From NCBI RefSeq assembly GCF_009914755.1, contig NC_060941.1: a stretch of DNA of 64,000 nucleotides; one strand, written 5' to 3'. Each line of letters starts with the position of its first letter. Positions within the stretch are counted from its first letter, which is position 1. Source of the DNA: the human T2T-CHM13v2.0 reference genome, Homo sapiens. This document shows, piece by piece, positions 1-12,490 of this stretch. The notes beneath the pieces are model-generated. The model ran no database searches. It was given only the letters and a program-made list of their open reading frames with translations, and was not told the origin of the DNA. Made by a program: the position numbers and the translations under genes.

Positions 1-82
1 GTCTGTCAGTCGCTGGCAATACAGGACTCCTGAGTAGTCTCAGAGTGTGGCGTTCTCTCTATAACTCCCTCAGTTACAACAT

Positions 83-288
83 CGGGTTCAAGCGATTCTC
101 CTGCTTCAGCCTCCGGAGTAGCTGGGATTACAGGCGTGCACCACCACGCCCAATAATTTTTGTATTTTTAGTAGAGAGGGGGTTTCACCATGTTGGCCAG
201 GCTGGTCTCGAACTCCGGGCCTCAAGCAATCTGCCCGCCTCTGCCTCCCAAAGTGCTGGGATTACAGGCGCGAACCACCGCCTCCGGC
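83..288 (-). mobile_element. Alu (partial, AluS-like)
   Basis: Reverse-complement Alu: gggttcaagcgattctcctgc...ctcccaaagtgctgggattacaggcg. Confidence 0.9.
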
Positions 289-339
289 CTTTTTTTTTCT
301 CTCTCTTTTTTTTTTTTTTTTTAAACTCACAGACACTGT

Positions 340-1360
340 AAGGCTGCCTGGGCGCGGAGCCGTCCTTGCCGGCGGCGGAACCCGGGGAATTCTCCCGGGG
401 CTGCGGGGCCCTGGTCGGCAGCGCCCACCGCCCCAGGTCACCCACGGGAGACCGAGGGAACGCTCCCGCTCCACGCGGCCGCAACCCCCGCCCCGCCCCG
501 CCGCAGCCTCCGCGAGGGGATCCCCGGTCCGGGCCTGGCCGAGCTCTGAGGGTCGACCTCGCGCTCCAGGTCCCCACCAAAGCGCTGCGTCCGACAGGAC
601 GGCAGCTGCTGGGGTTTTCTACAGGAAGAGTGGTCGGAGCGGCGCCCCCCACGCCTCCCACGCCTCCCACGCCTCCCACGCCTCCCACGCCGCCCGCCGG
701 CACCTCACCCTAACGCCCGCCAGCAGCGCTGGCCAGGTCCCGCCGCGTTGCCACAGCGACCGGGTCAGTCGGCCGCGTCCGGCTGCGCTCGGTGCAGCGC
801 TCGGGTCCCGCCGACAGGAAACGGGGTCCCTGGCGCTAGGTTCCGGCCCCTCCCGCCCCGCCGGGTTCCGCGCTGCGCCCGGGTCCGAGGGGCGCCCCGG
901 CCGACCCGACCACCGCCGCAGATCGAAGGAGGGAGCCCGGCCTCCTCACCGGTCAGCGGGGCGACTCCGGACGGGGCTCCGGGCTATGGGGACGGCGGGT
1001 TCCGCCGCGCGAGGCGCCCCCACCTTCGCCGCCCCCGGCCCGGCCGAGGGTCCCCAGGCGCCCGCTTCCTGAGGCCGCCCGGCTCGCGGTCCCGAAGGGT
1101 TGACTTGAGCTTTTGTCCTGAGATGAAGGGAGCACGGGGCGGCCGAGGCTGCCCGTGGGGGTCTGTTCGGGCCGGGGGCGCCACGAAGTCCTGCCTAAGG
1201 GTCGGCTGCGGCCACCGGGGCACGAGTTCCCGGCGCTGCCCACGGGCTCGGAGACCGGCGGGGCCCAGGGGCCGTGCGCGCGGTCGCTCAGACCCTGATT
1301 AGGGAACTGGGGGAAGGAGGGGGGTCGGGACCCACCGAGGCCCGAAGTCGCCCCCACCAT
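340..1360. promoter_or_regulatory. CCDC57: CpG island promoter, probably of CCDC57 (- strand); candidate first-exon donor at 950/949
   Basis: Very CpG-dense with GC boxes. Minus-strand donor GACCG|GTGAGG at 950; a second candidate at 1490. Gene name comes only from recalled gene order next to SLC16A3; no coding exon is in the window. Confidence 0.5.
648..692. repeat. 9-bp tandem repeat (CCCACGCCT)x5
   Basis: Directly visible. Confidence 0.9.
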
Positions 1361-1542
1361 CCTGTGGGAACAACATCCTCAGGCACAGCCATTCCCAACC
1401 ATTCACATCCTCAGAAAAAGGCACGTGTCCGTATCCATCTGCGGATGGATGAACAGAGCCCGGCCCCGGGACAGAGCAGCCTGGCTCACCCGAACCCTCA
1501 GCCCGCAATTCTGCGTGGGAGTGGAGGGGGTGTTTGGTGTCT

Positions 1543-1552
1543 GGGAATTCCC
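1543..1552. promoter_or_regulatory. Palindromic NF-kB motif GGGAATTCCC
   Basis: Exact consensus match; function untested. Confidence 0.35.
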
Positions 1553-1779
1553 CTGGTGGGGCAATAAGCCAGGGGTCTGGTGTCATCCTCCACCCACATT
1601 GTTAACACTGGATCACTCCTCTCCGTGCCGTGCCTGCAGCCCAGGCACCCTGCAGCCTGTCCTCCCCGAACCATGCGTCCTGGTAGAGCTGTCTCCCTCG
1701 CCCACAGTCCTCAGTCCCGCCTCACACACCAAACCCTCTTCTGCCTCAGGTCCTTTGCGCCAGTTGCCTCTGCCTAGAC

Positions 1780-2030
1780 TTGGTTCCCTGGATGCCCCCT
1801 CCCCACCCCATGTGTATGTCCGGCTCCCTGGACCCACCCCCCACACTGTGTGTCTAGCCCCCTGGACCCACCCCCCACTCTGTGTCTAGTCCCCTGGACT
1901 CCCCTCCCCACCCCCTGTGTCTAGCTCCCTGGACCCCCAACCTGGCCCATGTGTCCAACTCCCAGGACCCCCCCACCCTGTGTCCAGCTCCCTGGTTTCC
2001 CCCACCACCCCATGTGTTTGGCTCCCTGTC
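1780..2030. repeat. Degenerate ~32-bp tandem repeat (ctccctggacccaccccc..tgtgtctag), ~7 copies
   Basis: Recurring ctccctggaccc / tgtgtctag units. Confidence 0.75.
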
Positions 2031-2436
2031 CTGCTGCCTTCTCAGTGCTTGTGCACCCCCAGCCTCATCAGACTTGTCACTCTATTAGAACAGGATGTAG
2101 GGCCTGGACTGTTGGCTCCCTGCTACCCCCACCCACAGGACAGTGCTGGGGTTGACCCGACTTTGGCTGCACATTTGACTGGCCCCTGGATCAGCTCTAG
2201 GACTAGATGTACCCAAAAGGATGCCCACATCCTTGCCTCAGCTCCTGCCTCTGCCCACCCAGAGAGCTGCCTTGCCCCCATGTCCACGATGCAGCCACCA
2301 GGCCTGGGTAAGCGTGGGTGTCCGAGACGGGCTGGGACACCCAGAAGAGGAGCCAGGACTTGCTTCGTCTGTATCCCGGCTCTGCATGCCTCAGTGTCCC
2401 TGCCTGTAAAGTGGGATCTATGGGAACCCATGTGTG

Positions 2437-2962
2437 GGCCGGGCACAGTGCTCACACCTGTGAACCCAGCACCTTGGGAGGCCAAAGGGAGGATCCTTTG
2501 AGCTCGGGAGACAGGGTCTCGCTCTGTTGCCCAGGCTGTAGTTCAGCGGCGTGATCTCAGCTCACTGCGGCCTCCGCCTCCCAGGTTCAAGCGATTCTCC
2601 TGCCTCAGCTTCCTGAGTAACTGGGATTACAGGCACTTGCCACCATGCCCAGCTAATTTTGTATTTTTAGTAGAGATGGGGTTTTGCCATGTTGGCCAGG
2701 CTGGTCTCAAACTCCTGACCTCAAGTGATCTGCCTGCCTCGGCCTCCCAAAGTGCTGTGATTACAGGTGTGAGTCATCATGCCTGGCCAAAAAAAATTTT
2801 TTTAAATTAACCGGGTGTGATGGCACATGCCTGTGGTCCCAGCTACCTGAGGCCAAGGTGGGAAGATCACTTGAACACAGCACTTCGAGGCCACAGTGAA
2901 CTATGATCGCGCCACTGCACTCCAGCCTGGGTGACAGAGCAAGACCCTGTCTCCAAAAAAAA
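2437..2962 (+). mobile_element. Old Alu (AluJ-like) interrupted by an antisense AluS at ~2508-2788
   Basis: Left arm 2437-2507 and right arm ~2800-2962 on +, with a near full-length reverse Alu between them. Confidence 0.85.
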
Positions 2963-2979
2963 CCCTCTAAACCTATGTG

Positions 2980-3265
2980 TTATGGATAGGGCCTCTAAGA
3001 AGGTAATTAAAGTTACGTGAGTCCTAAGGGTGGGACCCTGAACTGTTGTCCTTAAAAGAAGAGGAAGAGACACCAGGAGTGAGCACACAGAGGAGAGGCC
3101 ACATGAGGACGCAGGGAGAGGGTGCCGTCTGCAAGCCATGGAGAGGCCTCAGGAGGAACCCACCCTGCCGGCAGCCTGATCCCTGACATCCAGACTCCGG
3201 AAGTGAGAAAATAAATGTCGTTTAAGCCGCCCAGGCTGTGGTGTTGAGTTATGCGGCCCTAGCAG
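2980..3265 (+). mobile_element. MaLR LTR (MLT1A/B-like)
   Basis: gtccttaaaagaagaggaagagacacc...gccacatgaggac...aaccc..cctgccggca...gtgagaaaataaat..tttaagcc motifs typical of MLT1. Confidence 0.75.
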
Positions 3266-3550
3266 GTCATTTGTCACGTCATGGGTATCTGGACCTGGAA
3301 TCGTGTGCTGGCCCAAGTCAGCAGCATGGCACCCATGGTCACCCCTTCAGCTGAGCCACATGCCCGGGTGCCCCAGGGACAGAGCAGGGTGTGCCACGGG
3401 CACTGCCTGGTTCCTGAAGCTGTGGGGCAGGCCGGTCTGGCCCTCACAGCCTGTGCTCTGATTCGAGGGCCGTTCCGTTGGGTTGAGCTCCACGGTCCCA
3501 GAGCGCCCGCCGTCAGCTCAGGCCCGAGGCTACACCTACTGAATCCCCCC

Positions 3551-4432
3551 AGCACTGCAGCACCCCTCCCCCTCCTTCCCTGCCCCCACACTGCAGCACC
3601 CCTCCCCCTCCTTCCCTGCCCCCCACACTGCAGCACCCCTCCCCCTCCTTCCCTGCCCCCACACTGCAGCACCCCTCCCCCTCCTTCCCTGCCCCCCACA
3701 CTGCAGCACCCCTCCCCCTCCTTCCCTGCCCCCCACACTGCAGCACCCCTCCCCCTCCTTCCCTGCCCCCCACACTGCAGCACCCCTCCCCCTCCTTCCC
3801 TGCCCCCCACACTGCAGCACCCCTCCCCCTCCTTCCCTGCCCCCCCACACTGCAGCACCCCTCCCCCTCCTTCCCTGCCCCCCCACACTGCAGCACCCCT
3901 CCCCCTCCTTCCCTGCCCCCCCACACTGCAGCACCCCTCCCCCTCCTTCCCTGCCCCCCACACTGCAGCACCCCTCCCCCTCCTTCCCTGCCCCCACACT
4001 GCAGCACCCCTCCCCCTCCTTCCCTGCCCCCACACTGCAGCACCCCTCCCCCTCCTTCCCTGCCCCCCACACTGCAGCACCCCTCCCCCTCCTTCCCTGC
4101 CCCCCACACTGCAGCACCCCTCCCCCTCCTTCCCTGCCCCCACACTGCAGCACCCCTCCCCCTCCTTCCCTGCCCCCCACACTGCAGCACCCCTCCCCCT
4201 CCTTCCCTGCCCCCCACACTGCAGCACCCCTCCCCCTCCTTCCCTGCCCCCACACTGCAGCACCCCTCCCCCTCCTTCCCTGCCCCCACACTGCAGCACC
4301 CCTCCCCCTCCTTCCCTGCCCCCCACACTGCAGCACCCCTCCCCCTCCTTCCCTGCCCCCCCACACTGCAGCACCCCTCCCCCTCCTTCCCTGCCCCCCA
4401 CACTGCAGAACCCCTCCCCCTCCTTCCCTGCC
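3551..4432. repeat. VNTR, 36-38-bp unit ACACTGCAGCACCCCTCCCCCTCCTTCCCTG(C)5-7, ~24 copies
   Basis: Directly visible; units differ almost only in C-run length. Confidence 0.97.
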
Positions 4433-4569
4433 CAGCTCCCCAGCTGGGCTCCACCTGGGCACCCTCAGTGCGGGTGGCCGGGAGTTGGCTGAGGGAGACC
4501 ACATTCCCTTCACTCCTGGCCTCCAGCACCCAGCAGGACTCACAGGTGGAAGGCAGACAGGGTGTGAGC

Positions 4570-4970
4570 CAGGGCCTGGGCCGCCAAAACAAAGAACCCC
4601 AAACTGGTCCTTTCTTCTTTCCCAGTTCGGGAAAGCTGAGGATGTCGGCCGGGCCATGGCCCCTCCAAAAGCCCTATGGGAGAATCCTTCCCACCTTGGC
4701 CTCAGGTAGCTGGGACCACAGGCACCTAACCCTTCCAGCCTCGGCACCCTTGGCTGCAGCCACATCGCCCCCTCCCGCCCCTATATCCACCATCATGCGG
4801 CTTCTCCTGTGTGTCTGTCTCCATGTGCTGCCCTTCTTAGGACGCCATCACGTTGGAGCAGGACCACCCAGCCAATTACGTCGGCGATGACCCTATTCCC
4901 AAGCCGCATTCTAATGGACCAGCGGCTACGACTGGATCCTATTTCTTTGGGGACCACCATTCAGCCCTGG
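4570..4970 (-). mobile_element. MaLR LTR fragment (MLT1-like)
   Basis: Reverse MLT1 motifs: gggagaatccttcc, cttctcctgtgtgtctgtctc, accctattcccaa, tttggggaccaccattcagcc. Confidence 0.55.
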
Positions 4971-6884
4971 ACCTGTGTGGGGCTGACAGCCCCCAGTGCT
5001 GGCTCCCCCAGGCCGTCCTGCAACCACCCTCATCATGCCACGACAGTGGAGGCCGAGGGCCCTTCCTGGTGCCCCGGTGAGTGACACGGCCAGGACCTGA
5101 CCCTCCCATGCCTCTGTGGCAGAGCAAGGTGGGTGGGGAACTGGCTGTCCTGCTCCCAGCTGCGTTCCTGGCACCTATGCCCCACCCACCCAGACACACA
5201 TCTGGGTGTCAGGCAGCCGCATGTCACTGAGTGGGGTAAACAAGGGAGGGTGAGAGGAAGGTCAGAAGGCCATGGCTGAGGGCGTAAGTGTGGGCTGAGG
5301 CTCTTGCTTCCCAGAACACAGACTGACCTTGGTGGCAGACCTCACCATGGGAGCCCCCAAAAGCTGCTTGCTTGAGGCCTCCAGGCCTCTTGCAGGGCCC
5401 TAAAAGCACAGGGATCCAGGACAAGAGGTGCGGGGGCCCCCGCCTGGGCACCAGCCTGCATGGGCCAGAGCAAGCCACTTCCTCTCAGGTTTGGGGAATG
5501 CCCACGTCAGACTTGCAGAGGCAACTTCTCCATCTGTCTGGCTCACAGGCCCTGTGGCAGGAGAGGAGCCAAGAAATGAAAGGGCCCGGTGGGTGTGGGC
5601 GGGCCCTGCTCCGATCTGGATCTGGCCAGTGCCTGTGGCACGCCCTGCTCTGTCCCTGGGGCACCCGGGCGTGTGGCTCAGCTGAAAGGGTGACCATGGG
5701 CACCATTTGCCTGGCTCCCAGGTCCTGAGGCCAGAGAGGAGCCAAGAAATGAAAGGGCCTGGTGGGTGTGAGTGGGCCTCAGTGTCTGGCTGCTCCAGGA
5801 GGAGGGGGGTGGGCACTGACTCCTGCCTGAGGGCTGGAGGCAGGGAGGCTCCTCTGGACAGGAAGACCCTCCAGGAACAGACCAGCAAGACTGGCACTGT
5901 CCAGATGGGACCAGGAGCCCGACAGCGGCGTCAGACATGCCCCACAGCGGCCGTGACCACAGCCACTTCCTGGAGGTCAAGACCTGGAGGCAGGGCCAGT
6001 GCTGCCAGGGATCCTGGTGTGGACACGGGCAGGACCAGGGGATGCTCCCTCGAGGCTGGTGTGGAACAGGCCGTGCTGCCCAGTGGGTGGGCACCCAAGG
6101 GGGCTCCAAGCCAGGCTGTCCTCCCAAGGCCGGCTTCGTCCAGAAGGAGAGGAGCCAAGGTGCCCCGGCATCCACCTTCCTCGGCTGCCTTGTCCACTGC
6201 AGGGACAGCAGCCTGTGAGCAGGAGGTGCTTTGAGGGAGCCGGGGGGACCCTGGGGGACACACAGCATTTCCACACTGTAACCACGTCACGTAGAGACCA
6301 CAAAGTCCTCCTGTCTTGGGGTAAAAGTGAGGAAACTGAGGCTGGGGAAGCTAAGGGGCTCACGTGGCCTCTGGAAGGGACGGGGCTGGACCCCGGCCGC
6401 CGACAGTGTGGAAACAGCGGTTCCTGAGCCAGTGTTGCGGCAAGGGGCAAGGGACAGGCACTGTCAGAAGCCCCATGCCCCTCCCCAACCCCCCAGGAAG
6501 TTCCACTGAGTTCTCAGTGCTGAGTCACTGGCTGCGGGGCCTGCGGTCCTGGCCGGACAGGAAGGTTGGGCAAGGCCTTGCCCTCCCCCTCAGGCGAGAG
6601 GCACAGATCCTGCCACACAGCCCGGCCCCACTCCCCAGGCCCCCGGCCCCATAGGCCTCTAGCCACAGCCTGGCTGCTGTCCTCATGTCCTTGGCTCTGG
6701 CCTGGTGAAGGCCAAGGGCACTTCAGAACCTCCCTGTGCTTCCATGTGCCAGGTTGGGGCTGGGCACGAGGCCACAGCAGGGGCTGGCAGGTGGTGACCT
6801 CTGCTCCTCGACCTGGGATGCTCCAGGTTGAGACGTAGGGTAGCTGCAGTCCCAGCAATGACAAGCTCTGGGTAACCCTGGTGA

Positions 6885-7225
6885 GTGGACAGCCAAGGCG
6901 AGCCCAGCCTCGGTCACTGGGGGGTGGACGGCCAAGGGGAGCCCAGCCTCGGTCACTGGGGGGTGGACGGCCAAGGGGAGCCCAGCCTCGGTCACTGGGG
7001 GGGTGGACGGCCAAAGGGAGCCCAGCCTCGGTCACTGGGGGGGTGGACGGCCAAGGGGAGCCCAGCCTCGGTCACTGCGGGGTGGACGGCCAAGGGGAGC
7101 CCAGCCTCGGTCACTGGGGGGGTGGACGGCCAAGGGGAGCCCAGCCTCGGTCACTGCGGGGTGGACGGCCAAGGGGAGCCCAGCCTCGGTCACTGCGGGG
7201 TGGACGGCCAAGGCGAGCCCAGGAG
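6885..7225. repeat. VNTR, 39-40-bp unit GGACGGCCAAGGGGAGCCCAGCCTCGGTCACTGGGGGGT, ~8.5 copies
   Basis: Directly visible. Confidence 0.95.
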
Positions 7226-9224
7226 GTCACTGGAGGAGGAGAAATGCAGGAAGAAGGCAGCTGTCAATAGCGCAGGGGTGCACAGAGCCCTGAAGGAGCC
7301 ATGTGTAAGGTGCCGAGGGTGTGTGCAGGTGGAGCTTGGTCAGGGAGGCCGCACCAGGACCACCAAAGCAGGTGATACCTGAATGATGTTCTAGGCCAAG
7401 GAAGAGAGGACAGAGGCCCGGCCAGGGCTAGAGCATAAACCAGGCTGGTGCTGACCACGGCAGAAGGGCAGAAGGTACCCTCCGGCTGTGCGTGGAGAAT
7501 GGGCAGCAGGGACGAGGGCCTGGGGCCAGGCTGGTGGCACTGGCTGTTCCCGAAGCCCGTCACTCACCTGCATCTGTTCCATCCAGGCGCTGGGGTGGGC
7601 AGGACACCAGGATGCCAATGGCTCACTGAGCCGCCGGGGGCACCGCTAGGGCTTGGGGACCACGGGACTTGCCACTGGACATGGGGGTTGAGGATAAGGG
7701 AGAGAAAGGCTGAGGCAGCCCCGTGTGAGCCCAGCAGGACTGAGGGTCTCGGAGGGTCTGGGCTCTAGGACGTTTCGGGGTTACCGTGAGAGGAAGCTCC
7801 TAAGGACCGTGAGAGTGGATGGGGCCACCCCAGGCAGGTGTGGGCAGGGAGGAGAGGAGCAGGGATGGGGCCCATACATTGGGCTCAGGAGATGCAGGGA
7901 AGCCCCCAAGCTGCAGAAGAGGAGGACCCCCGGGACCAGGCAGGGCCTGGAGGCCGGGGCAGCGATGGAGCCCTGCTGGGCCTGCAGGTCTGAGGCACTT
8001 GGGGGTTGGCCTGGAGGCCTAGGGAGGGGGTGTGGGGCAGCAGCACACTTTGCTGGTGCCACCTGGGAAGGTGCCCACCCATCTCCAAGGGGCGGGGGAG
8101 GAGCTAGTCTGTGCGGTGAGGGTGACACTGTCCCAGTCACCCTCCCCTAGACAGCAGGGAAGGTCCGGTCACCCCCAGGCACTTGCAGGCCGTGGGGGCT
8201 CCCCAGGAGCCAGTGGCCGCCCGTAGGGTCTCGCAGGCCAGAGGCCTCGCTCCCTGGGCCTGCTGTGTCTCTGGAGGCCCCAGCTGGCAGGGGGACCGAT
8301 GGGGCCCTTCCCCACCAGCCTCCCGGGTGCCGGTGGCCGCCCCTGAGCAGGGGGTTCTGGGGCCCCTGCCTGGACTGCTCCCCCACTGCTTAGCCCCGCC
8401 TCTCAGTCTCGGACTTGGGGAGGAGCAGCCAGGCCAAAGGGTGCAAAGAGGGGGCTGGGGGGCTGCACTGAAAGGCGGGGGGTCTGCGCTGAGAAGGGTG
8501 GCTACAGGCGAGCATGGGCTGCGCTGTTCCCACCCAGCCTTGAGTTCCAGTCTTGACTCCTCTCCTTCCACACTCCAGTCCTGCCTCCATGGCAGACCCA
8601 GGGCCGACGTGGGCTCCAAGGAGGGCAGAGGAAACCCTGACCCCCCAGCCCCCAGCTCAAGAGGAGGCAGGGGTGGGACACAGGGCAGGTGGAGCAGAGA
8701 AAGGCGAAAAACCGCACTCCAGGATGCTGGATGCTCAGGGCCGGGGGGGCCCTTTCACAGCAGGTTGGGGGGGCTCTCAGGGCCACACTTTGCCCAGCCT
8801 CCAAAGGGCTGAGCCAAGAGGAGAGGGCAGTGTCCCCACCCATCCAGCCACCTGCCACCCCGATCCTGGGACAGAGTTGTCTCTGTTGGCCCAGTGTGGC
8901 CTGGACACCCTAGGCTGGGCTCCACGGCCACCCCAAAACCTTCTTGCCAAGGAAGGCTGTTCCTCCCCCAGTGCCCAGGAGAGCTGCCTCCTGCTCCATG
9001 TCTACCACTGAGGCCTCCAGCTGATGACCTCCTGGCCTGCTGAGGCTTGAATGTTGGGGCCAAGGGGCTGGGGTAGGGCTCCACTCCACCCCAGGAGTGG
9101 GAAGGGGAGACCCAGGGCAACCTCTGGCCTCACAGGCAGCCCCTGCCTGGCACACCCACTCCAGCTTAAACATGGAAGCAGGCTGATCACACTGATTTTT
9201 GTCCTTAGGAAAGTAATAGATTCC

Positions 9225-9352
9225 GGCCAGGCATGGTGGCTTATGCCTGCAATCCCAGCACTTTGGGAGGTGGAGGTGGGAGAATCACCTGAGCTCAGGA
9301 GTTCAAGACCAGCCTGGCCAATACAGTGAGATCCTGTCTCTATCTAAAAAAA
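9225..9352 (+). mobile_element. Alu monomer (FLAM-like)
   Basis: Single left arm followed by an A tail. Confidence 0.8.
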
Positions 9353-9544
9353 ATTTTTTTTAAGTAAATAAAAAAAGAAAGTAAAGATCTCTTCCACAAA
9401 AGTGCTGGGGCAACTGGATATCCACATGCAAAGAATAATGCTGGATCCCTATCTCACACCGTTTATAAGTATCAATGCAAAATAGATCAACAAACAAAAC
9501 ATAAGAGCTAATATCACAAAACTCTCAGAAGAAAGCATAATTAA

Positions 9545-9854
9545 TTAATTTATTTTATTTATTTATTTAGTTTTAGACAGAGTCTCACTCTGTCACCCAC
9601 CCAGGCTGGCATGCAGTGGCGCAATCCCAGCTCACGGCACCCTTTGCCTCCTGGGTTCAAGCAATTCTCGTGCCTCAGCTTCCCGAGTAGCTGGGATTAC
9701 AAGCATGCACCACCACACCGGGCTAATTTTTGTATTTTTAGTAGAGACAGGTTTCTACTGGCCAGGCTGGTCTCAAACTCCTGGCCTCAAGTGATCTGCC
9801 CACCTCAACCTCCCAAAGTGCTGGGATTACAGGTGTGAGCCACTGTGCCTGGCC
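9545..9854 (-). mobile_element. Alu
   Basis: Full reverse Alu with (TATT)n tail. Confidence 0.9.
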
Positions 9855-10011
9855 CAGATTTTTGATATGATACCAAAAACACAAGCAACATAAGAAACAA
9901 AGATACAATTTTGTGCATCAAAGGAGAGTGAAGGCAGCCCACAGAATGGGGGAAAATACAGACCATATATCTGTTAAGAGTTTAATACCCAGAACATGTA
10001 AAACTCAACAA

Positions 10012-10324
<313 letters not shown>

Positions 10325-10746
10325 CTAAACAACAACAACAACAAAAAAGACAACCCAATACCAAAGAAGATACAGAATGGCCAACAGGCACATGAAAAGA
10401 TACTCAACATCATTAGTCATTAGAGAAACGCAAATCCAATCCATCATGAGATACTACTTCACACCCACGAGCACGGCTTTAATGAAAAACAAACAGGGCT
10501 GGTGTGGCAGCACGGGCCTGGAGTCTCAGCCAGGCAGGAGGCGGAGGCAGGAGGATCACTTGAGCCCAGGAGTTCCTGCCTGGGCAACATAAGAAGACCC
10601 TGGTCTCTGAAAAACAAACACCTCCCAGAAAACCTCCACATAAAATAACAGGCGCTGGTGCGGATGTGGAGAAACTGGAACCCTTGAACACCCTGCTGAG
10701 AATGGAGATGGCCAAAGCCTCCGTGGAAAGCAGTGTGGTGGCTCTT

Positions 10747-11120
10747 CATGGACAGGAGCGTCGCCCTGGGACCCCCAACTCCGCTCCCACGTTCGTGGAC
10801 AGGAGCCTCGCCCTGGGACCCCCAACTCCGCTCCCACGTTCGTGGACAGGAGCGTCGCCCTGGGACCCCCAACTCCGCTCCCACGTTCGTGGAGAGGAGC
10901 GTCGCCCTGGGACCCCCAACTCCGCTCCCACGTTCGTGGAGAGGAGCGTCGCCCTGGGACCCCCAACTCCGCTCCCACGTTCGTGGAGAGGAGCGTCGCC
11001 CTGGGACCCCCAACTCCGCTCCCACGTTCGTGGAGAGGAGCGTCGCCCTGGGACCCCCAACTCCGCTCCCACGTTCGTGGAGACGAGTGTCGCCGTGGGA
11101 CCCAGCAACTCCGCTCCTAC
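10747..11120. repeat. VNTR, 47-bp unit GTGGAGAGGAGCGTCGCCCTGGGACCCCCAACTCCGCTCCCACGTTC, ~8 copies
   Basis: Directly visible; embedded in L1 sequence. Confidence 0.95.
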
Positions 11121-11307
11121 ATTCACACCAAAGAGAAACGAAGACATCTGTTCACACAAATACTGGCCCAGGAATGTCCGTGGCACCACTGTTCACAACA
11201 GCCAAAAGGTGGAGATGACCCAAATGTCCATCAACAGATGAGTGAAGAAACGAAACGTGGTCCATCCACATGAGGAAACATCATTCAGCCGTAAAAAGGT
11301 ATGAAGA

Positions 11308-11609
<302 letters not shown>

Positions 11610-11954
11610 GGAATGAAGCACTGATAGACCCTCTCCCATGGACGAACATGGAAGGAAGACATGATGCTCAGTAAACACGCTGGTCACAAAGGCCACACCC
11701 TGCAGGGCTCCATTCACATGAAACATCCAGGACAGGCCAGTCCACAGACACAGACAGCAGATGGGTGGATACCGGGGAAGGGGGGGTGCTGTGGGAAGGA
11801 GGATGGGGAGCAATTACTTAATGAGTGCAGGGTGTTTTTAAGGGGTGATGAAAGAGTTTTGAAACTAGACAGCTGGTGGTGGACAACAACGTGAGCACGT
11901 CCAGTGCTGCTGAGCTGCCCTCTACCGTAACCGTGTGCTACAAGAGCTCTACCT

Positions 11955-12490
11955 TAATTAATTAATTATTATTATTATTATTTCTGAGACGGAGTTTCGC
12001 TCTTTGTTACCCAGGCTGGAGTATAGTGTCGCGATCTCGGCTCACTGCAACCTCCGCCTCCCAGGTTCAAGCAATTTTCCTGCCTCAGTCTCCCAAGTAG
12101 TTGGGATTACCGGCATGTGCCATGACGCCTGGCTAATTTTTGTATTTTTGGTAGAGATTGGCCAGGCTGGTCACCCTATTGGCCAGGCTGGTCTTGAACT
12201 CCTGACCTCAGGTGATCTGCCCACACTGGCCTCTCAAAGTGCTGGGATTATAGGCGTGAGCCACTGCGCCTGGCCTATTTATTTATTTACTTATTTATTT
12301 TTTCTTTTTGAGACAGAGTCTTGGTCTGTCACCCAGGCTGGAGTGCAGTGGTATGATCTAGGCTCACTGCAGCCTCCACCTCCTGGGTTCAAGTGATTCT
12401 CCTGCCCTCCTGCCTCAGCCTCCCGAGTAGTTGGGATTATGGGTGCATGCCACCACGTGTGGCTAATTGTTTGTATTTTTTGGTAGAAAT
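11955..12490 (-). mobile_element. Two tandem antisense Alus (second one partial)
   Basis: Reverse Alu ~11985-12274 and a right-arm fragment ~12300-12490. Confidence 0.88.

Noticed and set aside
3274-4765. Four overlapping 360-410-aa ORFs
   Set aside because: All are translations of a stop-free VNTR on both strands
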